Positions 46,140 through 58,428 of a stretch of 58,428 nucleotides of DNA are shown one piece after another (position 1 is the stretch's first letter; the number at the start of each line of letters is the position of its first letter). The stretch is from Asterionella formosa (Eukaryota): NCBI GenBank assembly GCA_002256025.1, contig NKIB01013397.1:1-58428 (forward strand), read 5' to 3'. The notes below the pieces were generated by a model. The model did no database searches, was not told where the DNA came from, and saw nothing but the letters and a program-made list of their open reading frames with translations. Both the position numbers and the translations under genes were made by a program.

Positions 46140-49090
46140 TGTAACTAAATATACTGCCTGGTAGTTCAAAAGTATGTCACAAATTGTCCATCAAAGAATT
46201 AACGCAAAGGTTATACTTTCCCCAACAAATAGCATCATCGGAGTCCAAACATGCATAGTAGTTAGGAGGGCGAAGCACAGGGTGAGGACAATGTAAATAT
46301 TGGGCGTGAATGGCAGTGTGGTGAGCAGCAGGATGGTGTTTGGTAAAGTAATCTGCATGATTTAAAATGCCCTTTTTCCAATAAATAAATAAATTTCCCT
46401 GGCACACCTGATCATGAACCAAATAGAAACACATGTCCATGGCCTTGGACCATTTTTGGTGCATGATATCATTGGCAATGCCGCTAGCAGTACAATTATC
46501 AGTGACAATAGGAGTGGAGGGTAGAGGATGTACAAGGCGCGATGTCATTAGGAATGATATGGAAGGGGGCGGGTGGGCGTTATCTCGTCTGGGGTAATGG
46601 CCACCCTTAGTGATGGGACATGAGCAGGAGGGAGTGGTAGGGAGTGGTAGGGGTACTGCATTGGGGAGGGTCTCAGACACCAGGGTGATGACTTGTTGAA
46701 GAGCTGCCTGCTTTGTGTCTTGTGGGGAGGGGAGCCACAGGGGAGCGCGGACTGGGGTGTGCTAAAGCATGTGCACCAATATCCTGCAAGCTTGTCGCAA
46801 TGATGTCTGTGGCATCACCCAACCTGGAAATGGTGAGTGCATCATCAGGGATTATTGTTGGGAATTTTTGGGTGGAGCGTAAGATTTGACGTGTTTGGTC
46901 TAAATGGCCCTTAATTTCTGCAATGGAATGATGTGGGGGGTGTTGGCAAAGAGTTGCTAATGTTAATCCAGGAAAATTGATGAGAAAACTATCTGCAAGT
47001 GCCTTTTCAAATGTTGAAAATGCAGGAGAAAACAATGCTGCATGGGCAAATGCCACAAGGTCAGCAGCTTTGGGAGTGCTAATAGCAGATGCAGCAAAAT
47101 ATGTGGGTATGCTTACAGGCGGGAGATTAGGAAGACACATGGATGTTACATGCCATAATCTGGTGGACTCGGAGCGACGGCCTTGGAGAATGCATTGGCT
47201 GGCTAGGAACACAGTCATAAGTGTACGTGTGAATGTGACTTCATATCCGGAGAGTCACGAAGTTGTACAATGGACAATAACGAGCAGTTATGCAATCCAG
47301 GGACAAGGTGCACATGGCGTGCGTGCAGCAAGAAGGAGAATAGGTATATCAAGTTCTGCCTCATGGGTAGAAACTACATGTTCCCCATTGGGAAGTTGAA
47401 TTGTAATAGGGCAGCTGGTAGGTTGTTGATTAACAACAGAGAGGTCGAATGTGGCATAGTTTCCGGAACTACCAGAATCAGTAAGTATTAAGCAATGTGA
47501 CGGGGGGACAAGTGGGCATAGTAGATAAACCAAGATTGGAAGTATCATCTACTATGCCTTCTTGCTCCCCCCCCCCTGGTCAACCACCAGGAGGAGGATT
47601 GGGGTTTCCAGGTAAAGGGGGAGAGAATACATTTTTTGCATAAAAGTGTCGGAAAATGCATAAAACCATCAGTCAGGGGAGTTTGTGATCATTACTGCGA
47701 TGCAAAGTTTTTATTCGCGTAAAGAACAAGCAGTGTATTGTTGAATGGCTGAAAGTATGTCTATAGTAAACTGTCAAATGACCTTATCAAGATTCCATAG
47801 AAATATGGACCACGACAATTAGTGTGTACATGAAACTCACTACAAAATTCACAGAGTTGATCATGATTTTGTTGCATCTTGAAATGTTGTAGTACCCTCT
47901 CCGAGAATACTGTTGCTCAAGTTTTCTCATCTATTTCTACAAAACATAGAAAACCTTATCTATTCAAAGTTATCAAGCTAATCACCGCGGACTCAACACT
48001 GTTGCGTTTTTGGTCATATCTTCAAAACAGAGCAAATGACGACCAAAAACAACTTTCAGCGCCGATTTCTTTTTTTTGTTGTCAATACTAGTGCAAAAAT
48101 TTTTATTATTGACCGATAATCTCGTCTATGTTACTCTGCATACACGTGCGAAATAGGAATTGTTCATTGTCAATATTCGTGAAGATATTCAAACCCATAA
48201 TTTCGTCATGGTCAAGATGGAGTTGCTGTCTCATCGACCCCATACGACTGGCAGCTGTACAAACACACATGGAAGTACTGCCTGGTGGTACCAGGTACCT
48301 GGTACCCAGTATTATGCATACCAAGAAGATAATATTTAACGCAATACATACAGAATCTACAAAGTTTATACGAGGTCTGTTGTATGTATGCTGTGTTCCA
48401 TGTCGAAAACCTAAGTACATCTGATACATTATGCATCCGATTTCTTGACAAAATGTACATTAGTACAATTTTTTAAATTATTTTTCGATTTTCATGTTAC
48501 TAAGTAAAAAGAGTTATTGAAATTTAGTTAGGAAAAGTTTCTATCATTTTAGAAATTAATATTGATTTGCTACAAATTTAGTCAAAAAAGTAATCCCGAA
48601 TTCCCCCGACTAACAACTCAATATGCATTTTCCGACACTTTTATGCAAAAAGTATAATGGACCGGTAAAGGGGTTGGACCAGGAAGACGATTGCGTTGTG
48701 TAGGCCGAGTACCATCACTAAACATGCGTGCACTGGTGCCACCCATGCTTTTTTAGTCTGGCAGTAGCCTGATGTCCTGTGGCAGGATGAGCACATGTAA
48801 CACTAGAGTGTTCATGATTTTTAGTGAGTCCATGCTTCCAACAGTAACCCAGTTGAACATTGTTGTAGGAATACGTAGTGTGGCTGGTGGTAACAGCAGC
48901 AGCAAAGCTGTTGACAGAGGAAGGTTGTCCATCAATACCAGGGATAAGAGAGAACAGAGGGACCCAGAGTGAAGAAAAGCGTGATGGGCACCATGATAGC
49001 CTGCAGTATTGGCTGTTAAGACTCGAAGACATTCCTTTTCATGCCATGCGTGATATGTGAAACAAAGTTGAGCCAAAACGTTCATTGTCG
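46140..49090 (-). mobile_element. Decayed, internally deleted Ty1/Copia (CoDi-like) retrotransposon split by a MITE
   Basis: Gag knuckle YCWKHG..H.S.TC (~48800), protease DSGSSGNY (~47480), pre-integrase HAALFSP...KGHLDQTRQ, and RNase H TDN...SKAMDM...ADYFTKHH. Integrase core and RT are absent. Confidence 0.88.
47630..48652. mobile_element. Non-autonomous TA-flanked TIR element (Tc1/mariner-type) nested in the Copia
   Basis: TTTTTGCATAAAAGTGTCGGAAAATGCATA (~47633-47662) and its inverse (48622-48651). TA at 47628-47629 and 48653-48654. Confidence 0.88.
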
Positions 49091-49119
49091 TGTCGTTTTT
49101 CCTTCTTGTAGCTGTATTT

Positions 49120-51454
49120 ATGCCGGCATGTAGATTTTGTAAACACTACGCTGGCGGAACATGCATATTACACTGCTGTGCTCTGTTCAACAATTACTAC
49201 ACTCGGTTACCATCACACCAGCTGCACCTCCACAAGCGCCGCAAAAAGCTCCGCATTTCCCTTCCACTGTTTTCCATCATGGTCTTCTGGCCCTTTGAAA
49301 ACTTTCCAAATGGCATTTCATGGATTTCATGCAAAGGATCATCAGTCAAACAAGAAACGTGACTTACTTCCATTGTTTACACTACACGACTTTATGTTTT
49401 CGGAAAAGAAGATGAAGACACTTATGAAATCAATCGAAGATTCCTTTGAAGACACTCAAAGATCAAATTAATTTGAACAGATTCATAATACTCCAGAAAA
49501 AATAATGAAGTATGCCGATACAATAGTGGGAGAGATTGAAAAGAAGGACAGATTGCTTTCGACAAGCCAAGGAAACCCAAACAGTTGTTCTTCGCGGATG
49601 AAGACTTTGCTCATTATCCTGAAATCGCTGATAATGAAGAAGAACTCCAGTGATTCTCATTCATTTGATGAACAAATTCATGCGATGAATGAAAATACCG
49701 GCGGAAATGTGGGAGACATCACTTCAGAAGAAGAGATGGTTAAAAAGTTGCAAAACCAAGAAATATACCTCACTATTTGTCCAGAACATCAAGATGACCA
49801 TCATGAAAGCAGAGAAACTATTGCATTTCTAAAAGAAAAGCAAGATATTCAAGAAAAAGTATGCGCTACATCGAGACCTCGAATTCAATAAGATCAATGC
49901 AGACAGAGATGTGATGCTGGCTAAGGCAGTTGATGCAATCATTCGGGAACGAAGTTTGAAGCACAAAATTGAATTTTTTTCCAAATCATACATGGAAGAA
50001 AAAGAATTTCTCTGTAAAATCATCGAGAACAATCCCGAAGGCAGCTACTTTTGTGAAGAGCCGGCATGTGAAATGTGTTGAGTTATTATGCCTAAGCAAA
50101 CAGCATTTTCCTTGAGTTTACCGAAATCGCATGAACAACTATAATTGTGGAAAGAATTGTACACACGTACCCCACAAGAAATATGCAATTACGCCTCTGT
50201 ATTTTATGGAGTCAAAGGTATCAAAAAATCATCTTCAGATTTTAAAGATCTTGCATATTGGGACCTTGAAACAATTACCTTGTTCTATGATCCATTATAT
50301 AATTCATGAACTTCATCCAACTGATGTAAAGGCTATACTATATTTGATCTCGATGAGAACCCAGAAAAAGGTAATAACAAACGGTATGTATACCAAGGTG
50401 ATTGTCATCCATTTAATCATGACATTAACTATGTGCTAATTTTGTATTGCAAAAGATCAGATGAGGAGGAAAACAACCATTTTGTGCATTATCTTTTTTC
50501 TATATATGATGGATTATGTCAAGTCCGTGATCCAGGAAAAGATGCAAGTTTGGATGAACATTATGATCAAGTATTTCACCTTACCCGTAAGTACGGCACT
50601 GCATCATCCCCGGATGCAGAAAAGAATTGGAATTTTTATGCACCGAAACAGGATATGTTCCACAAGAATTCCATATACCTGAAGAAATTGGGTTATCGGA
50701 ATCTTTCTATACTGGCACCAAAGCACCATTGCAGATCAGTATGGCCACTGAACATGATTCCATGTTATTTCAACCAGAAGATGACAGCGGATGGTCATGT
50801 GGACCTTTTACAATTGTGAAAGTGTTGGAAACTCTATTGCAATTAGAAAGGAATGGCAAAACCAAATTTCTTGGCAAACGGGCACAATCCTGTTTGGAGA
50901 CAGAGTCCTGGAATATTTTAAAACGTCAGGTGGTAGCAACTGATGGAACAGACTATTTGTTATCTGTGACATCTGAGCCACCAAGCAAGTCAACATACTT
51001 TCATCTTGGAACAGTTTGGCCTCAAGTGACAACAACAAATTCTCCTGAGGATATGTTTCAGTTGGAAATATCTGTTCTTCAATTTTGTATCGACAAAATT
51101 TTGAGCTCCTATTTAGATTTAAAAATGTTGAACGAATTATTTGGACGAGTTCCTTGCAATTCATCTTTCAAGAAGGATGATGTTGTCTACGTGAAATCCA
51201 TGATCCAATAAATGAATGAAAAACTTCTTCCCTTCAAATGGTATAATCATGCACCTCTTGGCCACATTTCTGGATGCATCAAAATTGACAAAATGTTGAA
51301 AAAATATTTGGTATCTGATGAAATTCCTTCTGGAATCAAATTGAAAAAGTTTACAGATTCATATCGAACTGCAGTTGAAAAGTGGAGAAGAAAAATTTCG
51401 GACGAAACAAGAAGGACCATCTTAGGTTCTTTGGGAGTGAAAAAGAAGAAATAA
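49120..51454 (+). pseudogene. Fragmented ORF with a coiled-coil region and Ulp1/C48-like protease motifs, probably transposon cargo
   Basis: NNHFVHYLF...VRDPG and QPEDDSGWSCGPF give H-D-Q-C order across a frameshift; many stops. Confidence 0.45.
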
Positions 51455-52317
51455 TGGACCATTGGGATCATCCAATCTCATAATTCCTTAGGACATTGTG
51501 GTTTGTGAAAACCCTCTAATCACTTAACTGCTATTTGAAACTATATTATCACTATTATTTATATTATTCTTGTATATTTATCAACGTTCACTTGTTAGTT
51601 TTTGGTCCCACCCGATTGATTTCCATAAATGACGTGGAGGCATGGCAACATAAAAATTATCTTTCCGTATCTGTGTCAAAACTTCTTGCGGTTTCAGAGA
51701 TTTCCTTGATTCCTGTGGTTTCAAAGCAGGAACAACCAACGCTGCCGAACATATGTTATGAAATTCAACAACGCTCAATTCAGTTGCATCATTGCATAAG
51801 GTGTCTCCTCTTGCAAAAAGCATACTTTTATGAATTTTCATTTCAGTTGAACTTTTCAAGGAACGAATACACGCCAACAAGAGAAGCTTTCCGGAGATCG
51901 GTGTTAATAGCGGATGCGGGAAAGGAAAGGCATACGAAGCCAAAGGAGGAGCTGTAATGAGGACAGAGGAAGTGGAGAAAGAGCAGTGCAGCGGTTGCAG
52001 CAGGGAATGGCAGCAATTGTTGGGAACCGGGTGGTGTTAGTCAATGCGTGGTTGCACTGTCGGTTTGGCGCAACTGTGCACTAAGCGTGGAAAGTCACAA
52101 TGTCGTGGGAGATGAAGGGATGAATAAGAAACAGATATTTTAGCTCTGTTGAGAGGAACCTTGTCATTAACAGAGGTGAGCTACAATATTATGATTTTTC
52201 TATTGCTGTCATTGCAGCATGATTGCCGGTGTACATACATGTACCTAATCTGGTGGTTATACTGGTCCGGTCCATGCTGAGCTTGTGTGGTGTGCGGTAT
52301 ATGGATATTAACACTTA

Positions 52318-53018
52318 GGCCGTTGCTAACCATTGACCCAAACCAAAACCCAAAAACTTATTTTTGGATTGGTTTTGGTTTTGGTCAACTGACGCAAAAA
52401 CGATGCTATCGGTTTTTGGAAAATCCTAAATGTTGTCAACCACCCATCTACTGTGACACAGGATGACAAAACCATTATAAAAAAAGTAAAATATTTCTAT
52501 TAGACTACTCTTACAAATGAAATATTATGATTCCTATTTGGGAAATAGTTAGTTTTCCCCGCAATTTACCGGTAGTGCCGTAAATATCATCCTCGATTGT
52601 TGATTCTGGTGAAATCAGCGATGATTTGTTGTTGTTGTTGTTGTTCTCGCCAGTGTGGCATGGTACCCTGGTACCTGGTACCAGAGTACCGGTACCGTAT
52701 AGCTATTGTTGTATATAGATATGATATACCGTTACCGGCATATGATGCGTCCTATACGTAGTGATTCTGCGACAATATTAATTGGGTTTCTAGTGACTAC
52801 ATTCAAAGTAGTCAATATGGAATCCTACGTTTAGGTAACTTTGGGAAAAAAAACCTAAACGTAATGCGTTTGGGTAACTTATTGGGATATGGGCACGGAA
52901 TCCCCTAAACGTAATGCGTTTGCGTTGGGTTTTTCACTCCCGATAGCATCGTTTTTTTAGGGTTACTGAAACCAAAACACTGTTTGGTTTGCGTTTTGGT
53001 CCACCGTTAGCAACGGCC
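52318..53018. mobile_element. PIF/Harbinger-like MITE (~700 bp)
   Basis: TIRs GGCCGTTGCTAAC/GTTAGCAACGGCC with imperfect extension. Flanks are TTA and TTT (TWA-like TSD). Confidence 0.8.
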
Positions 53019-53762
53019 TTTTGTACTGTAGCTTTGCGAGGTTTCATGACAAGGCTCACAAGTAATGTTGGATGCAAGCATGTACAAGTACCAGTATATA
53101 GGAGCGAATAGGGAGTTAGACGGAGTACCATTCTTGCTATAAATAATTCTATGTACCGGTATGATGAAAATTGAAGAAAGGTCGCTGTGCAGGATTGAAA
53201 ACAATTATGGAATTTGTCAAATGTTGCTGTTCGTTGTTGTGTCTGTTCTCCACGACCAAATCTAGTACCGTATGGACAAATGAAATCATATATTTGATAC
53301 CTAACGGTACCGGTATGTGCTAGCTTACCGGTATATCCGACTTTGTGGGTGATAATAAAAAAATAGAAGGGCTGTCTCGGAGACAAATATTTATGTATCA
53401 TTACTTATGTATGGCTACAGCCATAATGCAATATAAAATTATTATTTATGTTAGGCACAGTACTGGTAGTGGAGTATATAGTTGTTCCAACCGTGATCCA
53501 GAGAAGAGCTTCGTGGAACAATGTCCCCTACCGGTCGTACATCTCTTGTGTTCCTGCGTGAAGTTTGTCCCCGAAAAGCTGTACCAGTGAAATTCGATTC
53601 ACAAATAGACTACCCTGGTACCAGGTACCGGTAAAGAACGGTCCAGGTGCCACCAGGAACAGGATACAACCTCTGGGCGCATTAAGAATTCGGAGTACCA
53701 ATCTATGAGAGGTACAAACTTGTTCAACTTTATGAGAGGTAAAAACTTATTTAACTTTAGGT

Positions 53763-54584
53763 CTATGCTGCCCTAGAGTTGCTCGAACTTTGTGCCTTAG
53801 TCCGCTCTCCCTTTATCTTAATACTCCGTGACGATTTCGAAGAGGCAGTTTTCTGGCTTCGCCTTTCGATTTGCATCCGTAGGTTCCGGGCCTCCTCACG
53901 GGCATTCGAAACGTAGGGGTGGCTTTGGTCCAGTTCCGCCACCTCATAAATCATGAGCGCCTTATTCAACATGACGAGTGCTTCAGGATAATTCATCTTT
54001 CTTCCGTGGCAAATCGCAAGGCGATGAACGGCGAGACCAATTTCAATGGCTTCGTGATTCTTCGTCGATGTTTCAATCCATAGTGCCTTTGTAAAGGAAC
54101 CAATGGCACCGTCGTTGTCTCCAATGAGTTGTCGAGCCAGTCCAATGGTTGAATGGACATAAGCTACAAGCATGGGAGGGAGTTCTGGGCTGAACTGGAG
54201 AACCAGATTTAGAATGTCCACCAGTTCATTTATTTCATCTCTCGTTAGTTCACAGTTGCTGAAATGCTTTTGGGCTGCTAGTCCGTGGAATTGATGCCGA
54301 ATCGTGTCTGCCAGCTCTCGATCTTGGCAGAAATCAGGTGCGGTTTGAGTCAGCAACGCTTCCAGTTTTGTAAGCTGAAGGTCGACGCTGAGCTGCCGCT
54401 GATTGCGCTTATTGAAGGATTCTCCTGCTGAATTCTTGAGGGAGCGTCGAGACGACCGAGGACTGGTAGAAGTCAAATGACGAGAGGATGAGGTGCAGTT
54501 GACAGAAGAAGAGAGAGTCATTTCAGTTAAGGAGGACGAGCTTCGTTGCTTGGATAATGATGAGATGTGTCTGTTACCAAACAT
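53763..54584 (-). CDS. TPR-containing protein (~273 aa)
   Basis: VAYVHSTIGLARQLIGDNDGAIGSFTKAL and AVHRLAICHGRKMNYPEALVMLNKAL...HPYV match TPR pattern. First ATG is 54584. Confidence 0.78.
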   Translation of the reverse strand: MFGNRHISSLSKQRSSSSLTEMTLSSSVNCTSSSRHLTSTSPRSSRRSLKNSAGESFNKRNQRQLSVDLQLTKLEALLTQTAPDFCQDRELADTIRHQFHGLAAQKHFSNCELTRDEINELVDILNLVLQFSPELPPMLVAYVHSTIGLARQLIGDNDGAIGSFTKALWIETSTKNHEAIEIGLAVHRLAICHGRKMNYPEALVMLNKALMIYEVAELDQSHPYVSNAREEARNLRMQIERRSQKTASSKSSRSIKIKGERTKAQSSSNSRAA

Positions 54585-55689
54585 TCTGTATATTTTGTGA
54601 CTGGAATTGCTGGGGAGGAGCAACTATGATTCTTTGCATTGTTGTATAAAGAATGGCGAATACTGCACAGATCGAAGTACTCTGTACCACCTGTACCTCC
54701 ATATGTTTTTGCTTCCGTTATCAACGCACCACCTGGTACATACCTCATTTCACCTTATGTCATAATGATATGTCCTGTTCACAAATTAGAAATCACTTAG
54801 TCTAAATTGTTTGCTGTCATGCAGGAATTGGACGGCATAGTAAGTAGATTCGCTCCTACAAGAGTATTTATCGACCTCGCCCTTCAACGCGAGAACCTTT
54901 GTCAGCAAACGAAAAATGCACAGAGCAATGCCTTTGATAAATATATGTTCCGCGGTAATCCAACAAGGAGTCATGACGGGATATAGCGGTACCTGGTACC
55001 ATACGACGGACAAATTACTAAGCAAAGCTGATGTGTATTGTGTATTTCGGCATGAAAATGTCACAAGCATGTCACAAGCACAAAAGCTGCAAATGACTGG
55101 GTGGGCTGGCGCAATGAAACCAGGACTACCCGGTAGGTAGGTACCGGTGGGTGTGCTGGCCAAGCCATGCATACGTAAGCCCTTGCTTCACAGGAACACC
55201 AATTCACCAACCGGTACTGGTATATACCGGTACCTGGTACCGGTTTTACTCGCAACATATTTCGAGAGCGTAGCCGATAGCCAGAACTGGTAAATTTTCT
55301 ACGTATTCGGCTATAAAACTAAACAGCTGCTCGGGACTCGTTGCAAATCGATGCAATTATTATGCTTTGCACTGTGTGCAGTCTATGAATGAATAGCTAC
55401 TTGGTTTACCAGTATTTACCGGAAGGAACTGCCTGGTTGTAGTACCAGGGTAACTGGTACCTGGTGGCAATTGAACTGACAGTATTTTTTGATCTACGTA
55501 GACTGGGCGCGCTCTGAAAAAAAAATTATTATATCATGTGTATTATAACACAAATCGTTGTACCCAGCACCATAACCCCAAAATTTGTGTTTGTGTTGAT
55601 CAAATTTGGTAAACCTGGTAAGCACCTTGAAACACAAATTTTTACAGTTATAAATAACAGTGCAATATATAAAAAGATGTTTAGGCATG

Positions 55690-56625
55690 AATGACTATAT
55701 AGAATTTCCCAGGACACTGGTGCTGATGAGTTTGCCAGTGACGATGAGGACAGTAGGATGGGTGTCCCAGGTGTTTCTAAGGTTACACAGTCCCCATCAA
55801 GGAACAATAACGATTTTTCACGTGCTCCTACTAGTAGTTCAGTTGCAAGAACGGCAACTGCCAGGTGACCACCAATGTTTCCAAGAGCTTGCCGAAGCAT
55901 GCAGCCAGAGTTGGGGTCAACAATTGAGGATCAATGAGATTCTCTATTTCCTGGACACCATTTCTACTCACCTACCAATTGGGTCCCATGAATGGGAAGT
56001 TGTTGCTTCACAGCACAACAAGAATTTCCCAGAAAAAGAATGGACAGGACCTTCCCTTCGCTGAAAGTTTTCACAGCTGCACAAAGTTAAGAAACCAACT
56101 GGTGACCCAACATGCCCTTCTGAGGTGAGATATGCCAAACAAATTTTCGAAGAATCGAACAACAAACAGATGCAAGTGCTGAAATTGAATCCACTGATCT
56201 TGGAATAGAGAGGGAGCACAATGAGCCCAATATTGATGAGCCAAATGTGGATGATGATTTTATAGCAATTTCTGGGGAGAGTGAAGACAATGGTGGAGCA
56301 ACATCTGCCGCTTATGCTAATTTTTCTGGTTCAAGATTTCCTCGACCTGTGGTGTCCCCTAGATTTAGAGATAAGGCAGTGTCGAGAAATACTGGGCCTG
56401 TTAGAAAGTGCTTTCTCTTCTTTCGACGCAGTTGCTCGAAGTTGCTTCACAAGGCTACTCAAACTGATACTGATAACCTGCAGCAGCAGCAGCAGCAACA
56501 GCAACAACAACAGCAACAGCAACAGCAACAACAACAGCAACAACAACAGCAACAACAACAGAAACAACAACAGAAACAACAACAGCAACAACAACAACAA
56601 CAGCAACAACAACAGCAACAGCAAG

Positions 56626-56671
<46 letters not shown>

Positions 56672-56954
56672 GCAGCAGCAACAGAACATGATGAACATGA
56701 TGATGATGTCGATCATGGCATCATTGTTGAATCAGCATGGGGTATCTAAAACAACCACCTCCACTGACAGTGCTGATCCCATTCAGGCAATGATGAATTC
56801 AATTATTGCTTCAAACATGATTTCAATGCAGCAAACAATGCAAAGCCAAAATCCAACCTCAACAGCAGGTGCCAATGCACAACAAACTTTGTCTGCCTCA
56901 ACTCAATGTCAAACACCAAATAACAACAGTGTTAGTAGTAGTGATGATGAATAA
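55690..56954 (+). pseudogene. Harbinger accessory Myb/SANT-like gene, disrupted, with a long polyQ tract
   Basis: EILYFLDTISTHLPIGSHEWEVVASQHN...SLR*KFSQLHKVKKPTGDPTCP, with an in-frame stop and frameshifts. Confidence 0.7.
56480..56683. repeat. (CAA/CAG)n trinucleotide tract
   Basis: About 200 bp of CAR codons with rare interruptions. Confidence 0.95.
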
Positions 56955-57039
56955 CCTTAAATTAATTCATTCTAATATAATATGAAAGAAGTGGTGGTAA
57001 TTAATCATGAATGAATAATTTCTTTGAATTACATGGCAT

Positions 57040-58202
57040 ATCTATTAGCATTCCTATGCAAATACTAGGGCATATACACTGAAGCAATTTGGTTCTGACT
57101 AACTTTGCTAGCACAAAAGTTGTAGAGAAATACAATCATTAGGAGAATTAATTTTCTCTCACCTTTTTCTTCATAACAAAATTTGTCTTTGATTCTTGGA
57201 AATGATCCCTGAAGGCATCACATTCCCCATTCCGACAGCTGTTGGATTGAGGTTTCTTGGCGATTCATACCAAATCTTTGTCGAGGATTACCATTTGCAT
57301 CAACATTATTTTGATGCGATTTCAACATTGCATTTGATTTCTTAGATGCAAATGCTGAATCCAAAACTACTTTTTTACCTGTATCCTTGTAAACTGTTTC
57401 AATCTGATCATAGATCGATGACCAAATTGCCATGGTGGAGTCATGTAGAACACCAGGTGAATTGAAATATGAGCATCGAATTTTTCCATCAGGCGAAAAA
57501 AGAAAAAAGTTTGTCACATACTAGTGTTCATGAGTCCATCCATTGTAGAAGTTGTTCTGCTGTGTTTCATCTCCAGCCCGTTGCAGGGTCAGTTTCAGAC
57601 CATCCATTGCTCCTCCCCAACAATTTGTTATACTAAGTGGGTATTTCTGATTGATCATGGTTGTAAACAAGGTGGCTTCGTCTGCAGTAGGCAGTCTCAC
57701 AACGGCATATTCATATGTCAGCAGTGCTTTTACAGTCATTTGCCTTGAAAACCTCAACCAAACAATCAAAGAACCATGAGTTAATCCGAAAATAATCTGA
57801 AGAATCATATAGGAACCACAAGTCTTGGTCCATGCTAACTCAAGCGCTGGACAACTGATGGAACAGAGGTATCTTTGCCGACCTTTCTTGGTTGTTGAAT
57901 TTCTAACAATGAAATCCGTATTTTTCCTACAGGGAGTAAAGGAATAAAAGCAAGGTTTGAACAGCTGGTGTGGGAGCTCAAAAGAAGTATGGTGGTAAAA
58001 CCCACACAAGGTAATTAGAGCATCATCATGCTTGCTGTTGAACAAAGTCCAGAATGGACTTGATAATGGATGCTGTGGTGGGTGGCGACGGATTTTGCCT
58101 CTTCTTCTTCTGACCTCATCAACAGTCAAACTTTCCCTGAACGATGGCGTCTTATTTACTGGTGGATAGCACATTGCTAACAGTAGCAATGTGATCATAA
58201 TG

Positions 58203-58233
<31 letters not shown>

Positions 58234-58327
58234 GAGATGAGATGAGATGAAAGTCAACATGGTCAGTGACCAACAATGATGAATATATAGAACTCATGCA
58301 CATAATGAACAAGAGGCGGCATAGCAT
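57040..58327 (-). pseudogene. Harbinger DDE transposase (DDE_Tnp_4-like), disrupted
   Basis: WGGAMDG, QNNFYNGW, NSPGVLHDS, VVLDSAF and LSEWGM*CLQGSFPRIK, with stops and a frameshift. Confidence 0.88.
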
Positions 58328-58428
58328 ACAAGAGGATGCATCGATATGAAAATTTAACTGTTGAAAATTAAAGTTAAAAATATATATAATGTCAGAGAAG
58401 TAATCTAAAATATCTCTATTATCAGAGC

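Larger units (their letters stand above)
55505..58428. mobile_element. Decayed PIF/Harbinger transposon with convergent Myb-like and transposase genes, probably cut by the window end
   Basis: Two-gene layout. GCTCTGA (55511-55517) is mirrored by TCAGAGC at 58422-58428. Confidence 0.8.

Noticed and set aside
47565..47585. TGA-C gag-pol readthrough signal in the Copia remnant
   Set aside because: The element is frameshifted here, so the frame relationship cannot be established.
56281..56716. Poly-Asn, poly-Leu and poly-Cys ORFs
   Set aside because: They are alternative frames of the CAA/CAG tract.

Overview
Eukaryotic nuclear DNA, most likely from a diatom. This rests on short GT-AG introns, bipartite ASAFAP-type plastid presequences, and CoDi-like Copia and Ambal-like LINE remnants. 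Intact-looking genes are a secreted metzincin with Cys-rich repeats, TFIIS, a NirB-NirD fused NAD(P)H nitrite reductase, tRNA-Asn(GTT), an EHD-like ATPase, a ~2095-aa internally duplicated membrane protein with BPI/TULIP-like and PqiA-like parts, two tandem TKL-type kinase paralogs, plastid RF3 (prfC), adenine deaminase, an Ig-PH/coiled-coil protein and a TPR protein. Intergenic space is rich in decayed and nested transposons: Stowaway-like MITEs, tRNA-headed SINE-like elements with target-site duplications, LINE, Tc1-like, Copia and Harbinger. The most unusual signals are (1) dispersed palindromic TA-CC(W)GG-TA chains that differ by single units at TA sites between paralogous sequences, (2) modular tRNA-derived SINEs, and (3) the giant candidate lipid transporter. 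All family assignments come from motif recognition by eye; no database searches were run.
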